Source: Porticoccaceae bacterium (GTDB taxonomy: Bacteria; Pseudomonadota; Gammaproteobacteria; Pseudomonadales; Porticoccaceae). From it: 64,000 bases of DNA. Location: positions 2,000-65,999 of the forward strand of contig JANQKW010000331.1 in the NCBI GenBank assembly GCA_028280905.1. Reading direction: 5' to 3'. The position numbers and the translations under genes were made by a program. The notes below the pieces were generated by a model. It was not told the DNA's origin. It saw only the letters and a program-made list of their open reading frames with translations, and did no database searches. Positions 25,669-34,999 of this stretch are shown one piece after another (position 1 is the first letter of the stretch; each line of letters begins with the position of its first letter).

Positions 25669-27279
25669 ATGCGGCCATTTCTCACATTGCATGATCCGTT
25701 GCGAACGTCGGCTTATTATGAAGCGGGTCTCTGGACCGGCGATACGTTTTACAGCCTGCTGGCTCGGAACGAAGCCAGAAGTCCGGTATCGTCCGCGCTG
25801 CGGGATGGGCGACAAAACCTCAGTTGGCAGGAGTTAAAAGCACGCGTTGACGCAATGGCGGATGACCTGGCTTCGGAAGGCCTGGTGGCCGGTGATCGCG
25901 TGTCGATCTGGATGTCGAACAAAGCTGAGGCCGTTATCGCCTTTCTCGCCTGTTCCCGCGAAGGATATGCCTGTAACCCCTCGCTTCACAAAAGCTACAC
26001 CTGTGCCGAGATTGTAGAACTGCTGGAGCGATTGCAGACCGCCGTTCTGGTAACCGAGGATGGTTGGGGAGCCGACCGGGAGGCGCAAGACTTTGACGAG
26101 ATGTTAAGTGGCCTGGCGTTTTTGAAAAAAGTATACACGCCCGAATCGTTTCCGAAACATATCATCAGCCAGGACCGGGAGGTGCATGCAAATCCGGACA
26201 GCGTGGCCTACCTGGCCTTTACCTCCGGCACCACCGGCGCGCCGAAATGCGTTATGCATTCGTGCAATACGCTGCTGGCCAATGCCCGTGATCTTGTCAC
26301 GGACTGGTCCCTGGGGCCGGAGACAGTCATTTTGACGCTCAGTCCACTTTCACACCACATCGCCTGGGTTGCCGTCGGGCAGTGGCTGGTGGCGGGGTGT
26401 CGGTTGGTAACGGATGACCCAGCTGACGGCGTCAGCAGCCTGGACTGGATCGTCGATACCGAGGCGACCTATGTGCTCGGCGTGCCAACCCATGCGATGG
26501 ACATCTTGCAGCAGCAAAAGTCGCTTGGAATTGACCGGATTGGAAAGGTCGAAATCTTTTACATGGCAGGCTCGCCTATTCCCGCCGTTGTGGCGGAAGC
26601 GTTTGTCAAGCAGGGGATCACACCACAGAATGTTTACGGGATGACCGAATGTTCATCCCATCAATACACGCATCCCGACGATTCCCCCGAGACCTGGATA
26701 GCAACCTGCGGCCGCGGCGGCCCCGGTTATGAAGTCCGCATCTTCGACCCCGAAGATGACGACCGGCCGCTTACGGATGGTAAAACAGGTCAGATCGCCG
26801 GGCGCGGTGCGGTGTTGATGCTGGGATATTTTGGCAATCAGCAGGCCACCGAGAAAAGCTTCAACAAGACAGGCTGGTTCCTATCGGGAGATCTCGGATC
26901 ATTCGATGCGGAGGGCAACTTGCGAATTGAAGGGCGATTAAAAGACCTGATTATTCGAGGCGGCCACAATATCTATCCTTCGCGGATCGAGGCGCTGGCG
27001 CTGACCCATGGCGGGGTTGAAAAAGCAGCGGCGTTTGCCAAAGCGGACGAGCGTCTTGGAGAAAAGGTCTGTCTTGCGGTAATCGGCAGTGTATCAGCGG
27101 AGGAAATGCTCGACCATCTCGCGGCAGAGGGGTTGTCAAAATTTGACATGCCTGAGTGGTTTATCTCGGTGGAATCATTTCCTCTCACCGCGAGTGGCAA
27201 GATATTAAAGCGTGATTTAGAAACCATGGTGGCCTGTGGGGAACTTTCTCCTCAGCCGGTGCGCTACCTGGAGAAATAA
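25669..27279 (+). CDS. AMP-dependent acyl-CoA ligase (AliA-like by context)
   Basis: AMP-binding motif LAFTSGTTGAPK, plus ...GWFLSGDLG...GRLKDLIIRGG. Confidence 0.9.
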   Translation: MRPFLTLHDPLRTSAYYEAGLWTGDTFYSLLARNEARSPVSSALRDGRQNLSWQELKARVDAMADDLASEGLVAGDRVSIWMSNKAEAVIAFLACSREGYACNPSLHKSYTCAEIVELLERLQTAVLVTEDGWGADREAQDFDEMLSGLAFLKKVYTPESFPKHIISQDREVHANPDSVAYLAFTSGTTGAPKCVMHSCNTLLANARDLVTDWSLGPETVILTLSPLSHHIAWVAVGQWLVAGCRLVTDDPADGVSSLDWIVDTEATYVLGVPTHAMDILQQQKSLGIDRIGKVEIFYMAGSPIPAVVAEAFVKQGITPQNVYGMTECSSHQYTHPDDSPETWIATCGRGGPGYEVRIFDPEDDDRPLTDGKTGQIAGRGAVLMLGYFGNQQATEKSFNKTGWFLSGDLGSFDAEGNLRIEGRLKDLIIRGGHNIYPSRIEALALTHGGVEKAAAFAKADERLGEKVCLAVIGSVSAEEMLDHLAAEGLSKFDMPEWFISVESFPLTASGKILKRDLETMVACGELSPQPVRYLEK

Positions 27280-27291
27280 CGGAGACTGTTA

Positions 27292-28062
27292 ATGGCCGTC
27301 GAGCTTACACAAAATGGTGATTGCGCCGTTATTACGCTCAATCGCCCCGAGGCGCTAAATGCGTTGTCATTCCAAATCTTGCGCGACATAGGCGCGGCAA
27401 TTGATGAAGTTGCAACGCGGAAAGATGTGCGCGCGTTGCTGTTTACCGGTGCGGGAGACAAGGCTTTCTGTGCCGGTGCGGATATCAAGGAATTGCGAAA
27501 CCGTTCTTTGGTCGACCAAAAAAGGGGCGCGGAGTTGGGCCAGTCGGTGTTTGCAAAGCTGGACACTCTGCCGGTGGCCTCCGTTGCGCTGGTCAACGGC
27601 TATGCCTTTGGCGGCGGTCTGGAGCTGGCGCTGGCCTGCAGCTTCCGCCTGGCGTCGGTCAATGCGAAATTCGGTTTGCCGGAAGTCAAACTGGGTTTGA
27701 TCCCGGGTTACGGAGGCACCCAGCGCCTACCCCGCATAGTGGGTGAGTCCCGGGCGTTGGAAATGATTTTGACCGGCAAGACGGTTGACGCTGCAGCCGC
27801 CGAACAAATGGGCCTTGTCAATGCCGTGGTCGAAGGTGACATTGTAGCGGCCGGGCTTAAATTTGCCGCTGGTTTCACCGGCTATAGCCTGCCGGTACTG
27901 GAATTGGCCCGCCGCGCCGTGCAGCGCGCGGGCGACCTGTCGTTGGCTGAAGGCCTGCGGGTTGAAGCGGATTTGTCAACGCTCGCTTATTGTACCGCAG
28001 ACGCAGAAGAGGGCATGGCGGCCTTCCAGGAAAAAAGAAAAGCGGAATTCAAAGATGGATAA
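27292..28062 (+). CDS. Enoyl-CoA hydratase (crotonase; BadK-like by context)
   Basis: AVITLNRPEALNAL, FCAGADIKE, NGYAFGGGLELALAC. Confidence 0.9.
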   Translation: MAVELTQNGDCAVITLNRPEALNALSFQILRDIGAAIDEVATRKDVRALLFTGAGDKAFCAGADIKELRNRSLVDQKRGAELGQSVFAKLDTLPVASVALVNGYAFGGGLELALACSFRLASVNAKFGLPEVKLGLIPGYGGTQRLPRIVGESRALEMILTGKTVDAAAAEQMGLVNAVVEGDIVAAGLKFAAGFTGYSLPVLELARRAVQRAGDLSLAEGLRVEADLSTLAYCTADAEEGMAAFQEKRKAEFKDG

Positions 28063-28759
28063 ATCGCAGATTATTGTAACCGGCGCAAGCAAGGGTATCG
28101 GTGCGGCGATAGCCGCCGAGTTCGATAAGCGGGGTTATCCGGTGGTTTGCGTTTCCCGTTCAGGCGGCGCACCTGCTGGAACGGGATATTGCTGCGATAT
28201 GACCAATGAGGATTCGGTAAGGGAAACCTTTGGCAAGATTGCGGCCAATGGTCCGATTGCAGGGTTGGTCAATAACGCGGGGCTGCATATTCCGGGTTCG
28301 GCGGCCGGCTTGCAAACCTCCGACTACGATAAAGTCATGCGGCTTAATGCCACCGCGGTGATGGTTGCCGCCCGCGAGGTTTATCCGTACCTGAAGGAAA
28401 ACGGCGGCACTGTTGTCAACATTGGTTCGTTTTTCGACAAGCTCGGTGTTCCGGATAACCTGGCGTATTGTGCATCCAAGGCTGCGGTTGCGGCAATGAC
28501 ACGCTGTATGGCGGTCGAATGGGGCAAAGACGGTATCAGCGTTGTCAACGTGGCGCCCGGCTACATCGAAACGGATCTTAACCGTGACTTCCTCTCTCGC
28601 GAGAAAACCCAAGCATGGCTCAGAGGGCGAGTACCCGTGCAGCGGGCCGGTACAGCCGATGAAGTCGCCCGCCTGGTGGCGGCCATTTTCTGCGAGAAAA
28701 TCAACTTTTTAACCGGCGAAACCATCTATATGGATGGCGGGCAGGGGATGAATCATTAA
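28055..28759 (+). CDS. Short-chain dehydrogenase (BadH-like by context)
   Basis: Start moved to ATG 28055 (MDKSQIIVTGASKGIGAAIA), giving an 8-nt overlap ATGGATAA with the upstream gene. Has the YCASKAA catalytic motif. Confidence 0.85.
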   Translation: MDKSQIIVTGASKGIGAAIAAEFDKRGYPVVCVSRSGGAPAGTGYCCDMTNEDSVRETFGKIAANGPIAGLVNNAGLHIPGSAAGLQTSDYDKVMRLNATAVMVAAREVYPYLKENGGTVVNIGSFFDKLGVPDNLAYCASKAAVAAMTRCMAVEWGKDGISVVNVAPGYIETDLNRDFLSREKTQAWLRGRVPVQRAGTADEVARLVAAIFCEKINFLTGETIYMDGGQGMNH

Positions 28760-29925
28760 TGAACCTGTTTGAGCAGATTGACCGCGCGCGACATTGGAAC
28801 CATGAGCAACGCCTGATTCTTGATCAGGTCCGGCGCATGGCTGATGAGGTTATCGCACCCAATGCGGAAAGGACTGACGCAACGGGCGAGTTTCCCTGGC
28901 ACAATGTGAAGGCAATCAACGAGCTTGGCCTGAACACAGTCTTTATCCCTGAACAGTTCGGCGGTATGCCGATGTCCTACAAGCTTTACCTGGAAATTGT
29001 TTCAATTATCTCCGAGGCGTGTGCTTCTACCGGCATCATCTATGCCACAAACTTTCACGGCATGAAGCCGCTAATCGATTTTGGTTCCGATGAGCAGCGC
29101 GCACGCCTGCTACCGAAGATTGCCGAAGGCGGCCTCGGTGCACTGGCCATTACCGAACCCACCGCCGGTTCCGACGCTACCGGCATGAAGACCAAATTTA
29201 GGCCGGATGGCGAGGATATCATCGTCACGGGTTCCAAAGTTTTTATTACCAATGGCGATGTGGCCGATCGCATTCTGCTATTCGGCAAGTGGTCGGAAAT
29301 AGATGATGCAAAAAAAGCCATTTCGGTGCTTATCCTGGAAAAGGGCATGCCGGGATTTAATGTTATCGGTAAAGAAAAGAAAATGGGGCACAGTGGTTCT
29401 TCTACCTGCGCACTGTCGTTTGAGAATATCCGGGTACCCAGGGCAAACCTGATCGGGGAGCCCGGCGACGGACTCAAAATACTGCTCGCGTCTTTGAATA
29501 AATCGCGCCCTTCCGTAGCCGCGCACGCCCGTGGAATTGCCAGAGCCGCATTTAAAGACATGGTTGCCTATAGCAACGAACGTGTGCAATCGGGCCGAGC
29601 GATCTTGGATTTCCAGGGCAATCAATTTACCTTGGCTGATCTGGCCGGAGAATTGGCAATGGTGGAGCGCTGGATCGATTATGTCGCCGAACTGGTGGAT
29701 GGCGGCTCCAGCAATTTCGGTATGGAGGCATCACTTGCCAAGCTGCGCGCGTCTGACCTGGCGATGAAGATGGCCACCGAATGTGTGCAGTTTTATGGCG
29801 GCTATGGTTACTGTCGCGATTACCGCGCGGAACGATTAATGCGCGACGCAAAAATTACCCAAATCTGGGAGGGTACAAACCAGATTCATCGACAATTGAT
29901 TGGACGGAGTTTCAGAACTAAATGA
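28759..29925 (+). CDS. Acyl-CoA dehydrogenase (AliB-like by context)
   Basis: 388 aa with ...LAITEPTAGSD...QFYGGYGYCRDYRAERLMRDAKITQIWEGTNQI. TAATG overlap with the SDR gene. Confidence 0.9.
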   Translation: MNLFEQIDRARHWNHEQRLILDQVRRMADEVIAPNAERTDATGEFPWHNVKAINELGLNTVFIPEQFGGMPMSYKLYLEIVSIISEACASTGIIYATNFHGMKPLIDFGSDEQRARLLPKIAEGGLGALAITEPTAGSDATGMKTKFRPDGEDIIVTGSKVFITNGDVADRILLFGKWSEIDDAKKAISVLILEKGMPGFNVIGKEKKMGHSGSSTCALSFENIRVPRANLIGEPGDGLKILLASLNKSRPSVAAHARGIARAAFKDMVAYSNERVQSGRAILDFQGNQFTLADLAGELAMVERWIDYVAELVDGGSSNFGMEASLAKLRASDLAMKMATECVQFYGGYGYCRDYRAERLMRDAKITQIWEGTNQIHRQLIGRSFRTK

Positions 29926-31436
29926 CAACGGAAATACACAAGGTGGCGGTCTGCGGCGCCGGTGGAACCATGGGCGCAGGCATTGCTTTGGTTGCTGCGC
30001 GGGCGGGTTTTCAAACGGTTTGTTTCGATACGTCCGCCGAGGGTTTGGCGCGGTCTCGGGAGCAGGCTGAAAAATTCTTTGGCAAATCGGTTGAGCGCGG
30101 CAAAATGAGCGCGGAAGATCGCGACGCGGCGCTTGCAAGAATGGCGGATACCACCTCCCTGGACGACCTGGCTGATTGTGATTTGGTCATTGAAGCGGTT
30201 TTCGAAAACCTTGAGGTAAAACAAAAATTGTTTGCAGACCTCAACGGAATTTGTGCCGACAAAACCATTTTTGCCTCAAATACGTCGACCCTGTCCATCA
30301 CCGAGATAGCTTCCGGTTGCGGTCGTGAGGACAAGGTAGTGGGCATGCATTTTTGCCTGCCGGCCCAGTTGATGAAGTTGATCGAAATGTCGCGGGGCAT
30401 TAATACCTCTGACGATATTTTTCAGGCGGCATGGGCGTGGACCCAGGCCGCCGGACAATTGCCGGTAGAGACGCAGGACAAGCCGGGTTTTATCCTGAAT
30501 GCGCTATTGGTGCCGTATAACAATGATGCTATTCGAGCCATCGAAGCCGGTTTGGCGAGCCCTGAAGATATCGACTTGGCCATCAGATCCGGCCTGGGTT
30601 ATAAAATGGGACCCTGCACGCTTCTGGATTTAGTTGGGTACGACACCCAGGTGCGTCTGTGCGAGGCATTCTACCCTGTGACCCTTGATGTTCGCGCGTC
30701 AGCCCCACCGCTATTGCGGCGCATGGTGGCTGCCGGCCATCTAGGCAACAAGTCCGGTAAGGGTTTATTGGCGGGGCGCAGTGTCGATACCGAAAAAGCC
30801 GGCGAAGCGCCGGCGTATCAGCTGGTTCGTTCAGGTGAAAGTCGCTCCTTTCCCGAAGGCGACCCCTTCCTGAATAGTGGCGCGAACAGCGCCGATGTGG
30901 TGATTTATCTTGGTGGTGGTTATCAACCGGATCCGTCCAAGACGGCATTATTGATAGAACTGGATACCGAATGCCTGGGGGTGCACACGGGCGAAAAAGA
31001 AGGTAACGAAGGCTCCAACGCGGTTGGTTTCGCCCGCTATCGCAACGGCAATGACGCCCCTTCGAACCTTATCGAAATTGTGCGGCAGCCCAATACCTCG
31101 GCCGACGCCGTCGCCGCTGCGAAGGCATTATTTGAGGTTGCCGGTTTTGACGTGGCGGTTTGTGCCGACCAGCCGGGACGCATTGTCGACCGTTTAGTAC
31201 GGCCGAAGTACAACGCCGCACTGCGATTTCTTGACGAGGGTTTGGCGACGGCAGAAGCCATGGATATGACATGCCGATTGGGGCTTGGATATGCCGACGG
31301 TCCTATCGAGCGCGTCGCGCGCGGTGATTTGGCGCGGCACTACGACGTCAGCATGGCTATCTATGAGATGACCGGTCTGGCGGCCTATTCTCCCGCCAGG
31401 CGAGCGGTAGTTGCGAAAGCGCGCCAGGGCAGTTAA
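29922..31436 (+). CDS. 3-hydroxyacyl-CoA dehydrogenase, long form (NAD-binding plus duplicated C-terminal domain)
   Basis: KVAVCGAGGTMGAGIA Rossmann motif and ...FASNTSTLSITEIA...GMHFCLPAQLMKLIE. ATGA overlap with the upstream gene. Confidence 0.85.
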   Translation: MTTEIHKVAVCGAGGTMGAGIALVAARAGFQTVCFDTSAEGLARSREQAEKFFGKSVERGKMSAEDRDAALARMADTTSLDDLADCDLVIEAVFENLEVKQKLFADLNGICADKTIFASNTSTLSITEIASGCGREDKVVGMHFCLPAQLMKLIEMSRGINTSDDIFQAAWAWTQAAGQLPVETQDKPGFILNALLVPYNNDAIRAIEAGLASPEDIDLAIRSGLGYKMGPCTLLDLVGYDTQVRLCEAFYPVTLDVRASAPPLLRRMVAAGHLGNKSGKGLLAGRSVDTEKAGEAPAYQLVRSGESRSFPEGDPFLNSGANSADVVIYLGGGYQPDPSKTALLIELDTECLGVHTGEKEGNEGSNAVGFARYRNGNDAPSNLIEIVRQPNTSADAVAAAKALFEVAGFDVAVCADQPGRIVDRLVRPKYNAALRFLDEGLATAEAMDMTCRLGLGYADGPIERVARGDLARHYDVSMAIYEMTGLAAYSPARRAVVAKARQGS

Positions 31437-31445
31437 TGCAAGGCG

Positions 31446-32885
31446 ATGAGTGCGCTGTCAATTTCAACAGTGGTCGGTGTTGTCGGTGCAGGCACCATGG
31501 GTGCTGGGATCGCCCAGGTTGCAGCTGCCGCAGGACACCCGGTATTGCTGTTTGACGCTTGGGAGGGCGCTGCCGTTAACGGGCGGGAGCGCATCGGCAA
31601 GGGCCTGGCCAAGTTGGTTGAACGGGGGAAAATGTCACAGGCTGATGTGGAACAGCTGATGGGCCGCATCCTGGTCTGTGATGACTTGTCGGAACTGGCG
31701 GATGCCGGGCTTGTGGTGGAAGCTGTGGTGGAGGATCTTCAGGTCAAGCGGGATCTGTTTGCCCGGTTGGAGAAGATTACCGAAGACGATGCGATTCTCG
31801 CCACCAACACCTCGTCCATTTCGGTGACATTGATTGCCAGTCCTTTAGCGAGGCCGGAGCGGTTTGCCGGTATGCATTTTTTTAATCCCGCACCGGTGAT
31901 GAAACTGGTGGAAGTGGTGTCGGGTCTGGCGACTGCGGATGACGTTGCACAAACGCTCTACGCAACCGCCGGGGCCTGGGGAAAAGTGCCCGTTCATGCA
32001 AGCTCGACCCCCGGATTTATTGTAAACCGTGTCGCGCGACCGTTTTACGCAGAAGCACTGCGCCTTTTTGAAGAGCGGGTTGCAACGCCGGCAACTATCG
32101 ACGCCCTGATAACCCAGTGCGGCGGTTTTCGAATGGGGCCGTTCGCGCTGATGGATATGATAGGCCATGATGTGAATTACTCCGTCACCAAATCCGTTTT
32201 TGATGCCTATTACCAGGACCCGCGGTTTCGTCCATCAATCACGCAATTGGAGCTGGTCAATGCCGGCTGGTTAGGGCGTAAGTCCGGCCGGGGGTTTTTT
32301 GATTATTCTGAAGGTGCGGGCCGGCCCAGCGCGGCGACATTAGCTGTGCTTGAGAATGCCGGCTGCTTTGAGCAATCGCCGATCAGCGCGGCGCCGGTCA
32401 AACTCGACGGCGTGCTGTTTTCTCTTACCGACGGCCGACCGGCCCGGGAACGGGCAGAGGCGGAAGGCATGCCCACCGTTCTTTACGACTTGATGCTTGA
32501 TTCAGGCAAGGCCCCTCGAATCGGCTTCACTGCCTCTGACGAGGTCCCGGATAAAATAATTGATTGTTTTGTAGCGACGCTCCAGAACAATGGCAAGGCC
32601 GTCACGCGCCTTAAAGACTGGCCGGGTTTAGTGGTTATGCGCACGGTGGCCATGCTTGCCAACGAAGCCTTTGAAGCAGTAATGCATGGGGTATCCGATG
32701 AAGCGGGCATAGATGCGGCAATGAAATTTGGCGTCAATTACCCGCTGGGCCCGGTCGAATGGGCGAGGCAAATTGGCCTCGACCACGTACTAGGGGTGCT
32801 GGATGTTTTGTATAAGGCGACGGGCGATGCCCGCTATCGAGCGTCCTATATGTTGCGCACATTATGCGGCGTGACACAACGGTGA
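31446..32885 (+). CDS. 3-hydroxyacyl-CoA dehydrogenase, long form (PaaH-like size), tandem paralog
   Basis: VGVVGAGTMGAGIAQVAA, ...TNTSSISVT...GMHFFNPAPVMKLVEVV...PGFIVNRV. Confidence 0.9.
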   Translation: MSALSISTVVGVVGAGTMGAGIAQVAAAAGHPVLLFDAWEGAAVNGRERIGKGLAKLVERGKMSQADVEQLMGRILVCDDLSELADAGLVVEAVVEDLQVKRDLFARLEKITEDDAILATNTSSISVTLIASPLARPERFAGMHFFNPAPVMKLVEVVSGLATADDVAQTLYATAGAWGKVPVHASSTPGFIVNRVARPFYAEALRLFEERVATPATIDALITQCGGFRMGPFALMDMIGHDVNYSVTKSVFDAYYQDPRFRPSITQLELVNAGWLGRKSGRGFFDYSEGAGRPSAATLAVLENAGCFEQSPISAAPVKLDGVLFSLTDGRPARERAEAEGMPTVLYDLMLDSGKAPRIGFTASDEVPDKIIDCFVATLQNNGKAVTRLKDWPGLVVMRTVAMLANEAFEAVMHGVSDEAGIDAAMKFGVNYPLGPVEWARQIGLDHVLGVLDVLYKATGDARYRASYMLRTLCGVTQR

Positions 32886-32991
32886 GTTCAAGAGCCGCAT
32901 CCCCGGCGATATCCATGTCGAATGGCACCATGACATAAGCTCTGGATTCAATTAGACTCCCGGCATTTAACAAGAAAACAGGGGAGCTGGC

Positions 32992-34929
32992 ATGACGCTT
33001 CTTCGCCAGTTGATTATTGCCGTTGTGATACTTTTTGCCACGCTTTACGCGGTGAACACGGTAGTGAGCGTAGACAACAACCGCGGGTTGGTCGGCGAGC
33101 AGATGAAGGTACACGCTCAGGATACCGCCAACTCACTGGGCTTTTCGATGGCGCACGCCGCCGCGGGCAATGATCAGGCCACGCTGCAAGCCGTGCTGGA
33201 TGCTGTTTCGGACAGCGGCTATTTTAAGCGCATGGTTTTCCGAGACCAGTCCGGGGAAATCCTCGCGGAACGGCATTTCCCGCAAAAAACTAACGGTGCT
33301 CCGGATTGGTTCGTCGACGCCGTAGCGTTGCCCGCCTATCAGGTTAGCGCGCAAATTATTGCCGGCTCAGCGCAACTCGGCACCCTGACCGTGGAGAGTC
33401 ATCCGGCAAAGGCGTACCAGAAACTCTGGCAACTCACGGTTACCCAACTCACCTGGTTTGCCGTGGTCACTGCTTTGGTCTGTGTGTTTGCCGGCATGGC
33501 GTTGCGCTGGCTGGTGGGGCCGCTGCAGCGCCTGGAGGCACAGGCCAACGCGATAGTAGACGGCCGTTTTGAGTTGCAAACCGAGCTGCCCAGCGCTCGC
33601 GAGCTGAAAACAGCAGTGCAGGCGATGAATAGGATGTCGTCCAGGCTGAAGAGCCTGTTTAACGAACAGGTGGCCTTGATCGGGCGGCTGCGGGAGCAAG
33701 CGACGCACGACCCTGTTACCGGATTGTGCAACCGCGCGGAGTTTGATGCGCAACTGGCTAGCGTCGTTACGCCGGAAGGCGGTCCACGCGCCGGGATGTT
33801 GTTCATCATCAGGCTGGACGACTTGCAGGGGATCAACGACTACGCCGGTCGCACAGAAGGCAATGCCGTGCTTGCCAGCGTTGGCCAGGCCATAACCGAC
33901 GCCATTAAATCACCGGAGGGCGGCATTGTTGCACGCCGGCAGGGCGCCGAGATTGCCGTGTTCCTGCCAGATGTGGAGATCTCCGAAGCCGAACAACTGG
34001 CCGCCACTACCTTCGATGAGGTAAAACGGCTGACCTGGCAGCACAGTGATAGGTGGCCGCTGGTTTTTTCCATGGGTTTCACCCATAGCGAGGCGATGGA
34101 AACACCGCGGAATCTGTTGGGCGAAGCCGATGTCGCGCTAAAGAAGGCGCAGAGCGCCGGCGCCAACCAGTGGTGCAAGTTCGCGGATGTCACGCTGGAT
34201 GAGCCGCCCGTGATCAGCAAGCCCATCGCCGCGTGGCGCGACTACCTGGAGCCTTGCATAGCGGAGCGCGAGATAGAACTTCATCTGCAGCCGGTGGTCT
34301 CGGTGGTGGATAAAAAACCGTTGGCTACCGAGGCCTTTGTCAGATTTCATTCAGACAACGGCTTGATGCCCGCCGGCGTCGTGCTTCCCGCGGCTGAAAA
34401 ACTTGGACTGATGCCGGCGCTGGAGCAGCTGATCGTGGAGACCGCAATCCAGAAAATGCAAGACTCGGACAGCGATTTCATTCTCAATTTATCGTCGGCA
34501 TCCATTTGTTCCGAGCGGTTTATGGCCTGGCTAGATGACACCCTAAAAGCCACCGATAACGCCAGCCGCTTGTATTTTGAGGTTTCCGAGCGCAGCCTGC
34601 AAACCAGCGTCACTCAGATTGAGGCGCTGAATAATCTGCTGTTCAAGCAGGGTTCTAAACTGGGAATCGACCACTTTGGCCTGAACACCTCTTCCTTCTC
34701 CTATTTGAGCCGCTTGTCCCTGGCGTATCTCAAGGTGCACCGCAGTTTCGTCGCGGGCCTGCTGAATAACCCCGACAACCAGTTTTATATCCAGATGCTT
34801 GGCAATCTGGCGAAAAGCCTCGAAATACAGATTTGGGTGGAGGGCGTGGAAACCCAGGAGGATTTCGACGTGCTGGCCAGCCTGGGCGCGGATGCAGCCC
34901 AGGGTTACTTCCTCGGCGCCCCTGAGTAG
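32992..34929 (+). CDS. LapD-like inner-membrane signalling protein: periplasmic domain, HAMP, degenerate GGDEF and degenerate EAL
   Basis: 645 aa. Two TM segments flank a ~130-aa periplasmic domain. The GGDEF position reads RRQGAEIAV. The EAL block reads EAFVRF and the DDFG position reads DHFG, while EGVE and QGY are retained. Confidence 0.7.
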   Translation: MTLLRQLIIAVVILFATLYAVNTVVSVDNNRGLVGEQMKVHAQDTANSLGFSMAHAAAGNDQATLQAVLDAVSDSGYFKRMVFRDQSGEILAERHFPQKTNGAPDWFVDAVALPAYQVSAQIIAGSAQLGTLTVESHPAKAYQKLWQLTVTQLTWFAVVTALVCVFAGMALRWLVGPLQRLEAQANAIVDGRFELQTELPSARELKTAVQAMNRMSSRLKSLFNEQVALIGRLREQATHDPVTGLCNRAEFDAQLASVVTPEGGPRAGMLFIIRLDDLQGINDYAGRTEGNAVLASVGQAITDAIKSPEGGIVARRQGAEIAVFLPDVEISEAEQLAATTFDEVKRLTWQHSDRWPLVFSMGFTHSEAMETPRNLLGEADVALKKAQSAGANQWCKFADVTLDEPPVISKPIAAWRDYLEPCIAEREIELHLQPVVSVVDKKPLATEAFVRFHSDNGLMPAGVVLPAAEKLGLMPALEQLIVETAIQKMQDSDSDFILNLSSASICSERFMAWLDDTLKATDNASRLYFEVSERSLQTSVTQIEALNNLLFKQGSKLGIDHFGLNTSSFSYLSRLSLAYLKVHRSFVAGLLNNPDNQFYIQMLGNLAKSLEIQIWVEGVETQEDFDVLASLGADAAQGYFLGAPE

Positions 34930-34999
34930 TCCGGTAGCCGCTGGAAGGATTGCGGCTTGTGCGTATAATACGCCGCCTGGATAACTGTCGGATTGATAT

